Shown one piece after another: positions 36,297 to 46,132 of a stretch of 64,000 bases of DNA (positions are counted from its first letter, which is position 1; the number at the start of each line of letters is the position of its first letter). The stretch is from Gemmatimonadota bacterium (GTDB taxonomy: Bacteria > Gemmatimonadota > Gemmatimonadetes > Palauibacterales > KS3-K002): the NCBI GenBank assembly GCA_039586755.1, contig JBDHJU010000040.1:1885-65884 (forward strand). The letters are read 5' to 3'. The position numbers were made by a program, and so were the translations under genes. The notes below the pieces were generated by a model. It was not told where the DNA came from. It did no database searches and was given only the letters and a program-made list of their open reading frames with translations.

Positions 36297-37323
36297 GTGG
36301 CATACCGTGCGATTATCGCAGGCGGAGGAACCGGCGGGCACCTGTACCCGGCCCTGAATTTGGCCGAATCACTGAGGAGGTCGGCGCGTAATGAGATCGA
36401 GATACTGCTGGTCGGTGCACAGAGAGGAGTCGAGGCTCGCGTACTTCCTGAACGGGGTGTCGCGCATCGTCTTCTGCCTCTCGAGCCGATTCGCCGCAGT
36501 CGTCCGTGGCAGAACTGGAGGCTACTACGGTCGGCGATCCTGGCGAGCAAAGAGATCCGGCGGCTTCTCGATTCGTTCGCTCCCGACCTGGTGGTTGGTA
36601 CAGGCGGCTATGCTGCAGGGCCGGTCGTTGGTTGGGCGCTCGCGCGCCGGCTGCCCACGGCATTGCAGGAACAGAACAGCTATCCGGGTCTCACGACACG
36701 CTGGCTGGCGCCCTATGTGGACCAGCTGCACTTGGGTTACGAGGAGGCGATGAAGAACTTGTGGCCGGGACGTGACACGCTCATACGCGTTCACGGTAAC
36801 CCCATACGCTGGCCGGACCAGCGACCGCGCCGTACACGACGGCGAGCTGCCGGCCCTGCCGCCCGACGCGCAGCTTCTCTGGTCGACCGGTCCGTCGCAT
36901 CACGCGGCGATCTCGGCGCGCCTGGCGAAGCTGGGCAGCCGGGTCGCCGTGCGGACGCTGCCGTACATAGCCGAGATGGAGAAGGCGCTCTCGGTGACGA
37001 CGCTGGCCGTGTCACGGGCCGGCGCCCTCACGCTGGCCGAGCTGTGCGCCTGGGGCGTGCCGGCCGTGCTCGTTCCTCTACCCCATGCGGCGGCCGATCA
37101 CCAGCGCCACAACGCTGCCGCCATGGAGGAGGCCGGTGCGGCTGTCGTCGTGGACGAGCTGGAGGTGAAGCGGGACCCTGTGGCTCTGTGGTATGCCGTC
37201 GTCGATCTGCTCAACTGGCCGAAGCGACTCGCGAGCATGAGCCAGGCTGCAGAGGGACGAGGCAACCCCCGGGCGGCGGACGATATCGCCACCGACCTCT
37301 GGCGCCTGATGGAGGACCGTTGA
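36297..37323 (+). pseudogene. murG: murG, apparently disrupted by a frameshift plus internal deletion
   Basis: The N-terminal half (IIAGGGTGGHLYPAL ... VHGNPIR) is in the frame of 36297. The C-terminal half (LLWSTG...SRAGALTLAELCAWGVPAVLVPLPHAAADHQRHNA...) is in the +1 frame and ends at 37323. The span is 1027 nt, not a multiple of 3. The GGSQGA-type second glycine loop is missing. Confidence 0.7.
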
Positions 37324-38735
37324 CGGAAGCGCACGGTTTGGCCGACCTCGCTGCGAGCGGCGCCGCGATCCACCTGATGGGCATCGGCGGTGCCGGGATG
37401 GCAGGGCTCGCTCTGCTGCTGGCTGCGCGGGGCGCCGCCGTCAGCGGCTGCGACCGTGAGCGCAACGAGACCACAGAGGATCTCGAGAGCCGAGGGATGA
37501 TGGTTCACCAGGGGCACAGTCCGGATCATGCCGACGGCCAGGCCGCCCTCGTCCATACAGCGGCGGTCCCGGCGGACCATCCCGAATTGGACACGGCCCG
37601 TGCCCAGGGCACTCCGGTGTTGAAGCGGAGCGAGGCACTGGCTGGGCTCGTGAACACGGGCTCCCTGATCGCCATCGCCGGTACGCACGGCAAGACCACG
37701 ACTAGCGCCCTCACCGCGATGGCGCTGGAATCGGCTGGCGTCGATCCCACCGCACTGGTCGGTGGTCGCGTGCAGGCGTGGAAGGGTAACGCCCGCATCG
37801 GTGGCACGACCTACGTGGTGGAGGCGGACGAGTATGACCGTTCTTTCCTGTCGCTGTGGCCGAAGGTCGCAGTGGTCACGTCGGTCGAGGCTGAGCACCT
37901 CGACACGTACGCGACATTCGAAGAGATGGAAACGGCGTTCGATAACTTCGTAAGTCGCGTTCCAGAGGACGGCCGCGTGATTGCCTGTGCCGATGACGCC
38001 GGAGCACGGCGCCGGCTAGCCGTCGCCGCCGATCGCGGCTTGAGCTACGGCATCGGTAACGACGCGATGCTGCGCGCCACGGCCATTAGCTACGAGCCGG
38101 ACTGCACACGGTTCACCGCGAGCCTAGGCGGCCGCAGGCTAGGCGAGTTCGAGCTCGCCCTGCGAGGGCCTCACAACCTTCGTAATGCACTCGCCGTCCT
38201 CGCGGTCATGGTGGCGCTCGGGCTCGACCCGCAAGCGGCGGCGCCGGCCTTCGCCGGCTTCACCGGTGTTGAGCGCCGCTTCCAATATCTCGGTGTCGCA
38301 GCGGGCGTGACGGTGATCGATGACTATGCACACCACCCGACCGAGGTGGCGGCGACACTGGAAACCGCGCGACAGGCGTTCGCCGGTCGGCGGTTGGTCG
38401 TCGCGTTCCAGCCGCACCTTTACACTAGGACGCGCGCTTTCGCACACGAGTTCGGCGAGATGCTGGCCGACGCCGATCTGCTGTTCGTCACGGAGATCTA
38501 TCCGGCCCGCGAACAGCCGATACCCGGGGTCTCGGCGCAGTTGGTGGTCGATGCGGCTCGCAGGTTCGCGGACGAGGATCGCGTGCGCTATGCGGTGGAT
38601 CTCGAGGATCTGATGGCGCAAGTGCGGGGCGCCTTGCAGGACGGTGACGTGTTCATGACGCTCGGTGCCGGCGACATCAACAGTGTCGCCCACTCGCTGT
38701 TTGACGAGCTCAGGCGGAGCCATGTGGATGCGTGA
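37320..38735 (+). CDS. murC: UDP-MurNAc:L-alanine ligase MurC
   Basis: TTG at 37320 overlaps the murG stop (TTGA). Has HLMGIGGAGMAGLA and IAGTHGKTTT. The 812-aa ORF-track entry is read-through of out-of-frame murG. Confidence 0.9.
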   Translation: MTEAHGLADLAASGAAIHLMGIGGAGMAGLALLLAARGAAVSGCDRERNETTEDLESRGMMVHQGHSPDHADGQAALVHTAAVPADHPELDTARAQGTPVLKRSEALAGLVNTGSLIAIAGTHGKTTTSALTAMALESAGVDPTALVGGRVQAWKGNARIGGTTYVVEADEYDRSFLSLWPKVAVVTSVEAEHLDTYATFEEMETAFDNFVSRVPEDGRVIACADDAGARRRLAVAADRGLSYGIGNDAMLRATAISYEPDCTRFTASLGGRRLGEFELALRGPHNLRNALAVLAVMVALGLDPQAAAPAFAGFTGVERRFQYLGVAAGVTVIDDYAHHPTEVAATLETARQAFAGRRLVVAFQPHLYTRTRAFAHEFGEMLADADLLFVTEIYPAREQPIPGVSAQLVVDAARRFADEDRVRYAVDLEDLMAQVRGALQDGDVFMTLGAGDINSVAHSLFDELRRSHVDA

Positions 38736-39615
38736 CGTGCCGCTGGCGGACTTGACGCGCTGGAAGATCGGCGGCCCGGCGCCCGCCTACGCGAAAGCGG
38801 GCTCCGAGGAGGAACTGCGTGCGCTTCTAGCGGAGGTCAGCGGTGAGCGAGTTCTCGTCTTGGGTCGCGGAGCCAACGTGCTGATCTCCGATGCTGGACC
38901 TGGCGCGCCCGTGCTGCAGCTGGAGGGCGAGTTTGCCGACCACGAGGTACTCGATCATACGATTCGCTTCGGAGCCGGAGCACAGATCTCGACGATCGTG
39001 CAGACGGCGCGCCGCTTGGGCCGTTCCGGCCTCTGGATCCTCGAAGCGGTTCCGGGAACGATGGGCGGTGCGCTGCGCATGAACGCCGGGACCGCCGAGG
39101 AGGGGATCTGGGGGCGCACCCTGTGGGCCGAGGCGATGTGGCCGGACGGTAGCGCGAAGCGGCTGACGAGAGAGGACGTGAGTCCGCGCTACCGCGGGAT
39201 CGATCTCGACCCAGCGGCCGTCTTTCTGCGTGGAGAGGTCGATGCGCCGGCCGGTGATCCCGAACGCATCGAGCAGGAGCACCTGAGCCGTAGGGAGGCG
39301 AAGCTGCGGGCGCAGGTCTATGACCTGCCGACGTGTGGATCGACCTGGAAGAACCCCGACGCGCCGGGGCCGTCTGCCTGGCGGTTGGTCGATCGGGTCG
39401 GGATGCGTGGTGCGCGTCGCGGCGGCGCACAGATTTCGGAGAAGCACGCGAACTTCATCGTGAATCTCGGCGGTGCCCGGGCCCAGGACGTAGTCGACCT
39501 ACTTGTCGAGACCCGTCGCCGCGTGCTCGAGGAAACCGGGATCGCTCTCGAGCCTGAAATCCAGTTCTGGGGTTTCGAGGAAGAGGTGTTGCGCGAATTG
39601 GGAGCGGTGCGATGA
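38722..39615 (+). CDS. murB: UDP-N-acetylenolpyruvoylglucosamine reductase MurB
   Basis: FAD-binding PCMH-type N-terminus (WKIGGPA, VLGRGANVLISD), a C-terminal MurB domain (GSTWKNP, GGAQISEKHANFIVN). Confidence 0.9.
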   Translation: MWMRDVPLADLTRWKIGGPAPAYAKAGSEEELRALLAEVSGERVLVLGRGANVLISDAGPGAPVLQLEGEFADHEVLDHTIRFGAGAQISTIVQTARRLGRSGLWILEAVPGTMGGALRMNAGTAEEGIWGRTLWAEAMWPDGSAKRLTREDVSPRYRGIDLDPAAVFLRGEVDAPAGDPERIEQEHLSRREAKLRAQVYDLPTCGSTWKNPDAPGPSAWRLVDRVGMRGARRGGAQISEKHANFIVNLGGARAQDVVDLLVETRRRVLEETGIALEPEIQFWGFEEEVLRELGAVR

Positions 39616-40364
39616 AGGGGCGCAGCGCGTTGCCACGCGCGGCGTTCTTCGTTGGCCTTCTGGTGATGGCCGGGGGGATCGCCGGTTGGCTTTGGGGAGG
39701 TCGGCTGCTGGCGCGTTTCGACTACTTCGCTGTACGCCAGGTCGAGGTCGTGGGATCGCGCTGGCTGGCTCCCGACTCGACCCTGCGACTGGCAGCGATC
39801 GGCTCGGACCGCTCGGTGTGGGATGATTTTTCCGATGTCGAGCGACGGTTGCTCGGGCACCCGATGATCGAAGAGGTACGTGTTCACCGATCGGGTTTAC
39901 ATGCCCTGCGCATCGTCGTGCGCGAGGTCGAGCCGGTGGCTCTGGCAGGCACGCCCGAGCTCCGCGCCGTGCTCGGTGACGGAACCTTACTGCCGATCGA
40001 CCCGGCGGGGACGACGCTCGACCTGCCGCTGCTGATGATGGATGTGGCACTGACCCCCGACGCGAGTCAACTGCGTGTCGGACCGGCGCTCTATGCGCTC
40101 GAAATATTCGGAAGGTTGCAGGAGGTCGACCCGGGCCTGGCGGCGGTGGTCTCAGATTTCCGCCTGCTGGACGGTCAGGGTCTGATGATGAATCTGGTAA
40201 TGTCTCAGCCAGCGAGGCGCCTCGCCGTGCCGGCCGAGATCGACGAGACGCTCGCCAGGCGCGTGCGTGCTACGCTCGCCGATCTGAGAGGCCGGGGTGT
40301 CGCAGCGACGCTGGTCGAGGCACGCTATGCGGGTCAAATCGTGGTTCAGAGAGGACAGCTATGA
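39612..40364 (+). CDS. ftsQ: Cell division protein FtsQ (POTRA)
   Basis: N-terminal TM helix, POTRA-like VRQVEVVGSRWLAPDSTL, position before ftsA. Confidence 0.85.
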   Translation: MKGRSALPRAAFFVGLLVMAGGIAGWLWGGRLLARFDYFAVRQVEVVGSRWLAPDSTLRLAAIGSDRSVWDDFSDVERRLLGHPMIEEVRVHRSGLHALRIVVREVEPVALAGTPELRAVLGDGTLLPIDPAGTTLDLPLLMMDVALTPDASQLRVGPALYALEIFGRLQEVDPGLAAVVSDFRLLDGQGLMMNLVMSQPARRLAVPAEIDETLARRVRATLADLRGRGVAATLVEARYAGQIVVQRGQL

Positions 40365-41599
40365 TTGCAACACCTTATCTCATCGGTGCGCTCGATATCG
40401 GCTCGACCAAGACTTGTGCCGTGATCGGCGAGCTCATCCTCGAGGGTGACGGCCCGGCACAGGTCAAGGTACTCGGGGTCGGTCAGGTGAAGCCGAGCGG
40501 AATCCGCCGCGACGCCGTGAGCAATATCGAGGAGACGACGGAGGAGATCCGCCAGGCGCTCAAGCAGGCCGAGTTGATGGCCGGGATGCAGCCGCGCGGC
40601 CTCTACGTCGGCATATCGGCCGAGTACGTGCAGACCAGTACGTCGAACGGTGTCGTCGCGATCGGTGGAGACGAGATCACCGGCGACGATGTCGACCGAG
40701 TCCACGAGGTCGCACGCGCGGTCGTCGTGCCGCCCGACAAGGAACTGCTGCACGTCATACCGCAGGACTACTCGGTCGACCATCGTGGTGGCATCCAGCA
40801 GCCGGCGGGGATGATCGGGACCCGGCTGGAGGCGGACGTCTTCATGGTCCTCGGGTCGGGCGCTGCGGCCCGTAACCTCCGAAAGGCCGTCGCTCGGGCC
40901 GGCTACGAGGTGGCCCAGCTGGTGCTGACGCCGCTGGCGGCGGGGCTCAGCGTTCTGACGACCGAGGAGCGGGAGGTCGGGGCTGCGGTCGTGGCGATCG
41001 GTGGTCGCACGACCGAGATCGCGATCTTCCACGAAGGCAAGATCCGCCACGTCGCTATCGTGCCGTGCGGTGGCGTGAGCTTCACGAACGACCTTGTCAA
41101 AGGACTCGGCATCCCGTACGCCGAGGCCGAACGAGTCAAAGAACGGCACGGTGTTGCAACGATTCACCTGGTCGATCCGGAGCAGTCGATCGAGGTTCCC
41201 GGGCCGGCTCCCGGAGCCCGCAAGCACATGCCGCGCGAGTTGCTGGCACACATCATCGAGCAGCGGATGGACGAGGTACTCACGCTGGTGCTGCACGAGA
41301 TCGATCGGGCCGGCTACGCGCACCGGCTGGGCGGCGGCGTGGTGCTGACGGGTGGCGGCGCCAGCCTGGAAGGCACGCTGGACGTCGCGCAGTCGATATT
41401 CACGATGCCTGTTCGCTGCGGTGCACCGGGTGCCGGGCTGACAGGGCTGGCCGATTCGGTGCGTCGACCGAAGTTCGCCACGGCGGCCGGGCTGATGTTG
41501 TTCGGGGTTGGGCGCATCCGAGAAGACCTCAGCAACGGCAGGGGCCACACGCTGCGTGCCCTGTCGAAGGTAGGTGGATGGCTCAAGGAGTTTTTCTAG
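40361..41599 (+). CDS. ftsA: Cell division protein FtsA
   Basis: Actin-fold ATPase motifs (ALDIGSTKTCAV, GGGASLEG) and a C-terminal amphipathic helix LSKVGGWLKEFF. Confidence 0.94.
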   Translation: MIATPYLIGALDIGSTKTCAVIGELILEGDGPAQVKVLGVGQVKPSGIRRDAVSNIEETTEEIRQALKQAELMAGMQPRGLYVGISAEYVQTSTSNGVVAIGGDEITGDDVDRVHEVARAVVVPPDKELLHVIPQDYSVDHRGGIQQPAGMIGTRLEADVFMVLGSGAAARNLRKAVARAGYEVAQLVLTPLAAGLSVLTTEEREVGAAVVAIGGRTTEIAIFHEGKIRHVAIVPCGGVSFTNDLVKGLGIPYAEAERVKERHGVATIHLVDPEQSIEVPGPAPGARKHMPRELLAHIIEQRMDEVLTLVLHEIDRAGYAHRLGGGVVLTGGGASLEGTLDVAQSIFTMPVRCGAPGAGLTGLADSVRRPKFATAAGLMLFGVGRIREDLSNGRGHTLRALSKVGGWLKEFF

Positions 41600-41652
41600 A
41601 TGGGATTCCTGATCTCACCGAAACCGCTGCAGGAAGTAACAACGAGGAACGC

Positions 41653-42801
41653 ATGAACGGGGAGGGGACGAGGATGATTCGATTCGAGCTAGCAGAGAGC
41701 GGCGCGCGCTCGGCGACTATGCGCGTCATCGGCATCGGGGGCGGCGGCAACAATGCCGTCGACCGGATGATCGAGGAGGACCTGCCAGGCGTGGAGTTCA
41801 TCGCCGTGAACACCGACGCGCAGGCGCTGGGCAACACACGCGCTCCGGTCAAGGTCCAGATCGGTAAGAAGCTGACGCGCGGCCTCGGCGCGGGTGCGCG
41901 TCCCGAGATCGGACGGCAGGCTATCGATGAGAACAAAGATGACGTCGTCCAGGTGCTGCGGGGCTCGGACCTGGTATTCGTGACCGCCGGGCTGGGTGGC
42001 GGTACCGGTACCGGTGCGGCGCCCATCGTCGGCCAGCTGGCCCGCGAGCTGGGCGCGCTCAGCATCGCCATCGTGACCAAGCCGTTCGAGTTCGAGGGCA
42101 AAAAACGGATGCACCAGGCGGACATCGGGCTGGCCGAGATTCGCAAGGCCGTCGACACGGTCATAGTAGTGCCGAACCAGCGACTGCTGGCTGTCGTCGG
42201 GAAGGGGACGAGCTTCCGCGAGGCGCTGAAGAAGGCCGACGAGGTGCTGCTGCAGGCGACCCGTGGGATCTCGGACCTGATCAGCGTGACCGGCGATGTG
42301 AACGTAGATTTCGCCGACGTGCGCACGGTCATGGCCAACCGCGGCCCGGCTCTGATGGGCACGGGCCGGGCTCAGGGCGACAACCGCGCCCAGGAAGCCG
42401 CGCAGGAGGCGATCTCGTCGCCGCTGCTCGACGATATCTCGATCCACGGCGCCAAGGCCGTGCTGATCAATATCACGGGCAGCAACGACCTCACGATTGA
42501 CGAGGTTCACACCGTAAGCACGATCATCGGCGAAGCGTGCGGTGACGAGGCTGAGATCATCTTCGGCACCGTCCACGATCCCACGCTGGAGAACGAGATC
42601 CGTGTGACCGTCATAGCCACCGGGTTCGAGGCGGCGGAGAGGGAGGCGGCGCCCCGAGCCGTGCGGCCGAACTTTGGGGCCCGCAAGGTGGTAAAAAAGG
42701 AGGTGCGTGTACCGGCGGCCGAGCGCAGCGTCGCGCCGCTCGAGGTCGCCGACCCCCGGGAGCTGGAGATCCCAACGTTTATCAGACGCCAGATGGATTG
42801 A
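41653..42801 (+). CDS. ftsZ: Cell division GTPase FtsZ
   Basis: GIGGGGNNAV, GGGTGTGAAP and the C-terminal peptide EIPTFIRRQ. Start is ATG 41653 or ATG 41674. The ORF-track upstream part overlaps ftsA out of frame. Confidence 0.95.
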   Translation: MNGEGTRMIRFELAESGARSATMRVIGIGGGGNNAVDRMIEEDLPGVEFIAVNTDAQALGNTRAPVKVQIGKKLTRGLGAGARPEIGRQAIDENKDDVVQVLRGSDLVFVTAGLGGGTGTGAAPIVGQLARELGALSIAIVTKPFEFEGKKRMHQADIGLAEIRKAVDTVIVVPNQRLLAVVGKGTSFREALKKADEVLLQATRGISDLISVTGDVNVDFADVRTVMANRGPALMGTGRAQGDNRAQEAAQEAISSPLLDDISIHGAKAVLINITGSNDLTIDEVHTVSTIIGEACGDEAEIIFGTVHDPTLENEIRVTVIATGFEAAEREAAPRAVRPNFGARKVVKKEVRVPAAERSVAPLEVADPRELEIPTFIRRQMD

Positions 42802-42871
42802 GAAAAGGAGTCGTATCGCGTGAGTCAGAACCGGACCGCGCCCAACGTGTCGTCCCCTCCCCGTTCGAGTA

Positions 42872-44119
42872 ATGGGTAGAGGCCTGCTGATCTTTGCGTT
42901 TCTGGTCACGGGTGGCCTGACGCTCATTCTGGGGCGCCCTGCCAGCTCGCAGCGGCGGCTTCCCGAGTTGGAGGCGGTTGTGGTCTCCGCCGGTGAAGCC
43001 GAGTCGCTGGTTAGGGCGGACACGCTTCGGCGCGGCGAGGTTCTGGCTCAGGTTCTGGCCCGGCACGACCTGGGCCCGACTGACGCCGCCGAGATCGTCG
43101 AGGAGCTTAGCCGCTACGCGAACCCGCGGCGGCTGAGAGCCGGTCTCGCGGTCCACTCCCAGTGGACGGCCTGGGACAGCCTGATCGACCTCACAGTGCA
43201 GGTAGACTCCGACCACGAGGTCTACTTCGTCCGCGATGTGCTGGGCTGGGCGGCCGAGTTCAATGAGCTGACCGTCCGCGTAGACACCATGCTGATCACG
43301 GGAACGATCGCCAGCAGCCTTTACAATTCGGTGATGGAGCTGCGCATGCCGGCGGTCGGCGCTCAGGAGCGGATCGAGCAGGTCATGTGGGGGATCTATC
43401 GTCCCTTCCAGTGGGCGATCGACTTTGGCATCGACCTGCGGCGCGGCGACACCTATCGCGCCGTCTACGAACGGCACGTGCGTCCCGATGGTACGGTACG
43501 GCACGCCCGCGTTCTCGCCGCCGAGTTCACCAATCGAGGTGAGACCCATCAGGCTTTCTGGTTCGATTCGCGTCGCGAGTACTTCGACGAGGACGGCGGC
43601 TCGATGAAGATGGTCTTCCTCAAGGCGCCCGTCGATTTCCGAAGAATCTCTTCTCGTTTCACCCGGCGGCGTTACCATCCGACGTTGGGCATCTATCGCG
43701 CCCACCTCGGTACCGACTACGCCGCCGACACCGGCACCCGCGTCCACTCCACCGCCGACGGTACTGTGACCCGGGCCGGCTGGTGGGGCGGCTACGGTCG
43801 CATCGTCGAGATCCGGCATGTCAACGGCTACAGCACCCGATATGCCCACCTGAGCTTCATCGCCAGAGGGATCAGGAGGGGCGCACGCGTCAGCCAGGGC
43901 CAGCTGATCGGCCACGTCGGACAGACGGGCCTGGCCAGCGGAGCCCACCTCCACTACGAGCTTCTGCTCAACGGGAGAGCCATCGACGCCCGCGGTGTGA
44001 ATCTCCCATCCGGCGTGCCGATCTCACAGGAGGAGATGCCGGAGTTCCGGCGACTCAAAGGCAGGCTCCTCAGGCTGATGAACGGCGAGCACGAACCGAC
44101 CACTGTACTCGCCGAGTAG
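42872..44119 (+). CDS. M23 (LytM-domain) peptidoglycan endopeptidase
   Basis: HLGTDYAA (HxxxD), GQTGLASGAHLHYE (HxH), an N-terminal signal anchor, and a Csd3/OapA-like middle region. Confidence 0.88.
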   Translation: MGRGLLIFAFLVTGGLTLILGRPASSQRRLPELEAVVVSAGEAESLVRADTLRRGEVLAQVLARHDLGPTDAAEIVEELSRYANPRRLRAGLAVHSQWTAWDSLIDLTVQVDSDHEVYFVRDVLGWAAEFNELTVRVDTMLITGTIASSLYNSVMELRMPAVGAQERIEQVMWGIYRPFQWAIDFGIDLRRGDTYRAVYERHVRPDGTVRHARVLAAEFTNRGETHQAFWFDSRREYFDEDGGSMKMVFLKAPVDFRRISSRFTRRRYHPTLGIYRAHLGTDYAADTGTRVHSTADGTVTRAGWWGGYGRIVEIRHVNGYSTRYAHLSFIARGIRRGARVSQGQLIGHVGQTGLASGAHLHYELLLNGRAIDARGVNLPSGVPISQEEMPEFRRLKGRLLRLMNGEHEPTTVLAE

Positions 44120-44223
44120 CCGGCCCAGACTAGCCGCCCTCTAACCTCGTTGCCCCGCAATCGACACGGGCACATCTTTTAGCACAACCGGGCGCCCGTA
44201 GCACCACATACCTCAGGCCGCAG

Positions 44224-45927
44224 GTGGCAGCCATGTCCCGTATCAAGCGGCTCATCCTCGAGATCCACCGCCGATCCCTGTGGCAGGTGCTGCTGATCTA
44301 CATCGGCGGCGCCTGGGTCTGCTACGAGATCATCGACACGATAACCGACCGGCTGGTCCTCCCCGAGTGGATCCCGGTGGCGGCCATCGTCCTGTTCCTG
44401 GTCGGGCTTCCGTTCGTTGTGGCGACGGCGTGCGTCCGGGAAAGGGGCTCGGCTGGGGAAGTATCGCTGGAAGCAGAACCAGCAGCAGCGACGGCGGAAT
44501 CCGTCGCGCCGGTCGCGGAAACCGCTGCCCGGGCCGAGACACGTGCCGAAGGGCGCAAATCGGTCGCCGTGCTGCCGTTCGTCAACCTGAGCGCCGAGGT
44601 TGAGAGCGAATACTTCAGCGACGGTATCACCTTCGACATCATCAATCACCTCGCCAAGATCACCGATCTCAAGGTCATCTCCCGCACCTCGGTCATGCGA
44701 TACAAAACCACCGACAAACCGCTGCGCCAAATCGGCGAGGAGCTTGGCGTGGCTTCAATCGTCGAGGGTGAGGTTCAGCGGGTCGGTGACCGCGTGCGGA
44801 TCAGCGCTCAACTGGTCGATGCGCGGAGCGATGAGCACCTGTGGGCCGAACAATACGATCGTGAGTTGTTGGACGTCTTCGCCATCCAGAGTGATGTGGC
44901 ACATCAAGTGGCTGCCGCTCTGCAGGCGACGCTCACTCCGGCGCAGCAGGAGCGGATCGAGAGGAGACCGACGGACGATTCCGAGGCCTACAACCTCTAC
45001 TTGAAGGGCCGCTACTTCTTCGATAGAAGAGGCGAGGGGATTTGGAAGGGCCTGGAGTACTTTGGGCAGGCGCTCGAGATCGACCCGGACTACGCTCTGG
45101 CCCACGCCGGGGTGGCCGACTGTCACTGTCTCATGGGCTTCTACGGCTACATTCCCGCGAGGGAGGGTTGGGCCGAGGCGAAGGCCGCTGCGCTCCGCGC
45201 GCTGGAGATCGATGATGGGCTCGGTGAAGCGCACGCCACGCTGGCGTTTGTCAACGTCTGTTACGGCTGGGATATGCAGGCCGCCGAGAGGGAATTCAAG
45301 CGGGCGATCGAGCTCAACCCCGGCTACGCGCCCGCCTACTACTGGTACGCAACTCTGTTCACCGCTTTGGGGCGCTGGGAGGAGAGTTCCAGGCAGAGCG
45401 AGCGAGCTCTGGAGGTCGATCCGCTGTCGATCTTTGCGACCGCGCACTATGGCTGGTGCCTGATTGGGCCCCGGCAGTACGAGCGAGCCAGAGAGCAGCA
45501 GAAGAGGGCCCTCGAGCTTGAGCCGAACTTCGCGCATGCATACTGGCTGCTTGGCTGGCTCTTCGGAATGGAGTCGAGGTTCGAAGAAAGCATAGCGCAT
45601 CTTCAGAAGGCCCTTGAACTCGACGAACACTTTTCGTGGTCCCTGGCGCATCTTGGCTGGGCTTACGGAGCATCGGGCCGGGTGGATGAGGCGTGTGCGG
45701 TGCTCTCCGAGTTGAAGGCGAGACGACGAGAGGGTTACGTACGGTCGCTCTATTTCGCGTTGGTGCACTTTGGCCTGGGTGAGCGGGATGAGGCGCTCGA
45801 TTGGCTGGAAAAGGCCTACGAAGAGCGCGACGTTTGGATGGCCTGGCTGAACATAGACGGGACGTTTGACAGCCTGCGTTCGGAGCCTAGGTTCGAAGCG
45901 CTCATCAAGAAAGTGGGCGTGGCGTAG
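44224..45927 (+). CDS. Membrane-anchored TPR protein with a TolB-N-like periplasmic module
   Basis: Two N-terminal TM helices, then KSVAVLPFVNLSAE...YFSDGITFDIINHLAKI...RISAQLVDARSDEHLWAEQYD, then TPR repeats. ATG at 44233 is an alternative start. Confidence 0.7.
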   Translation: MAAMSRIKRLILEIHRRSLWQVLLIYIGGAWVCYEIIDTITDRLVLPEWIPVAAIVLFLVGLPFVVATACVRERGSAGEVSLEAEPAAATAESVAPVAETAARAETRAEGRKSVAVLPFVNLSAEVESEYFSDGITFDIINHLAKITDLKVISRTSVMRYKTTDKPLRQIGEELGVASIVEGEVQRVGDRVRISAQLVDARSDEHLWAEQYDRELLDVFAIQSDVAHQVAAALQATLTPAQQERIERRPTDDSEAYNLYLKGRYFFDRRGEGIWKGLEYFGQALEIDPDYALAHAGVADCHCLMGFYGYIPAREGWAEAKAAALRALEIDDGLGEAHATLAFVNVCYGWDMQAAEREFKRAIELNPGYAPAYYWYATLFTALGRWEESSRQSERALEVDPLSIFATAHYGWCLIGPRQYERAREQQKRALELEPNFAHAYWLLGWLFGMESRFEESIAHLQKALELDEHFSWSLAHLGWAYGASGRVDEACAVLSELKARRREGYVRSLYFALVHFGLGERDEALDWLEKAYEERDVWMAWLNIDGTFDSLRSEPRFEALIKKVGVA

Positions 45928-46132
45928 GCCACGCTGCGTGCGCCTACTGTTCGCGCGCGCAGTTCAGGGCACTCCCGGAAAACACAGTTAACCTCGCTGG
46001 ACAATTCCGCTCGCTGGGCCGCCCTTTCTATTGACTGCTCGGCGTTTGACCTCAAGTTCATCCACGGTATCCGTCAGCTTGGAAAGCTGCGACATAACTC
46101 GACGCGACACCTTGACCGGAGCTCTGATTCCT

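Noticed and set aside
36297-38735. 812-aa ORF that looks like a MurG-MurC fusion protein
   Set aside because: Its central ~170 residues (RRTRRRAAGPAARR...GGGRYRHRPLAPDGG) are Arg/Gly/Ala-rich junk. They come from reading the murG C-terminal half out of frame, and the real MurG C-domain is in the +1 frame ending at 37323. MurC has its own TTG start at 37320, overlapping that stop.
41065-41652. 196-codon N-terminal extension of the FtsZ ORF. Analogous 5' extensions occur on cheW (5920-6111), cheA (6846-6965), lspA (4202-4486), the HExxH protease (21902-22201), mraZ (25744-25863), murB (38665-38721), the DUF885-like gene (46031-46132), the MiaB-like gene (58365-58532), the LapA-like gene (61066-61140) and the DppA-like gene (62077-62127).
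   Set aside because: The extensions overlap the 3' end of the preceding well-supported gene in another frame and look non-protein-like. Internal starts with SD-like sequences, or 4-nt overlaps, give products of canonical length.
45917-45934. Hairpin GCGTGGC-gtag-GCCACGC overlapping the stop codon of the TPR membrane protein, as an intrinsic terminator
   Set aside because: Only a 7-bp stem with no U-tract, and it overlaps coding sequence. Plausible, but too weak to annotate as a feature.
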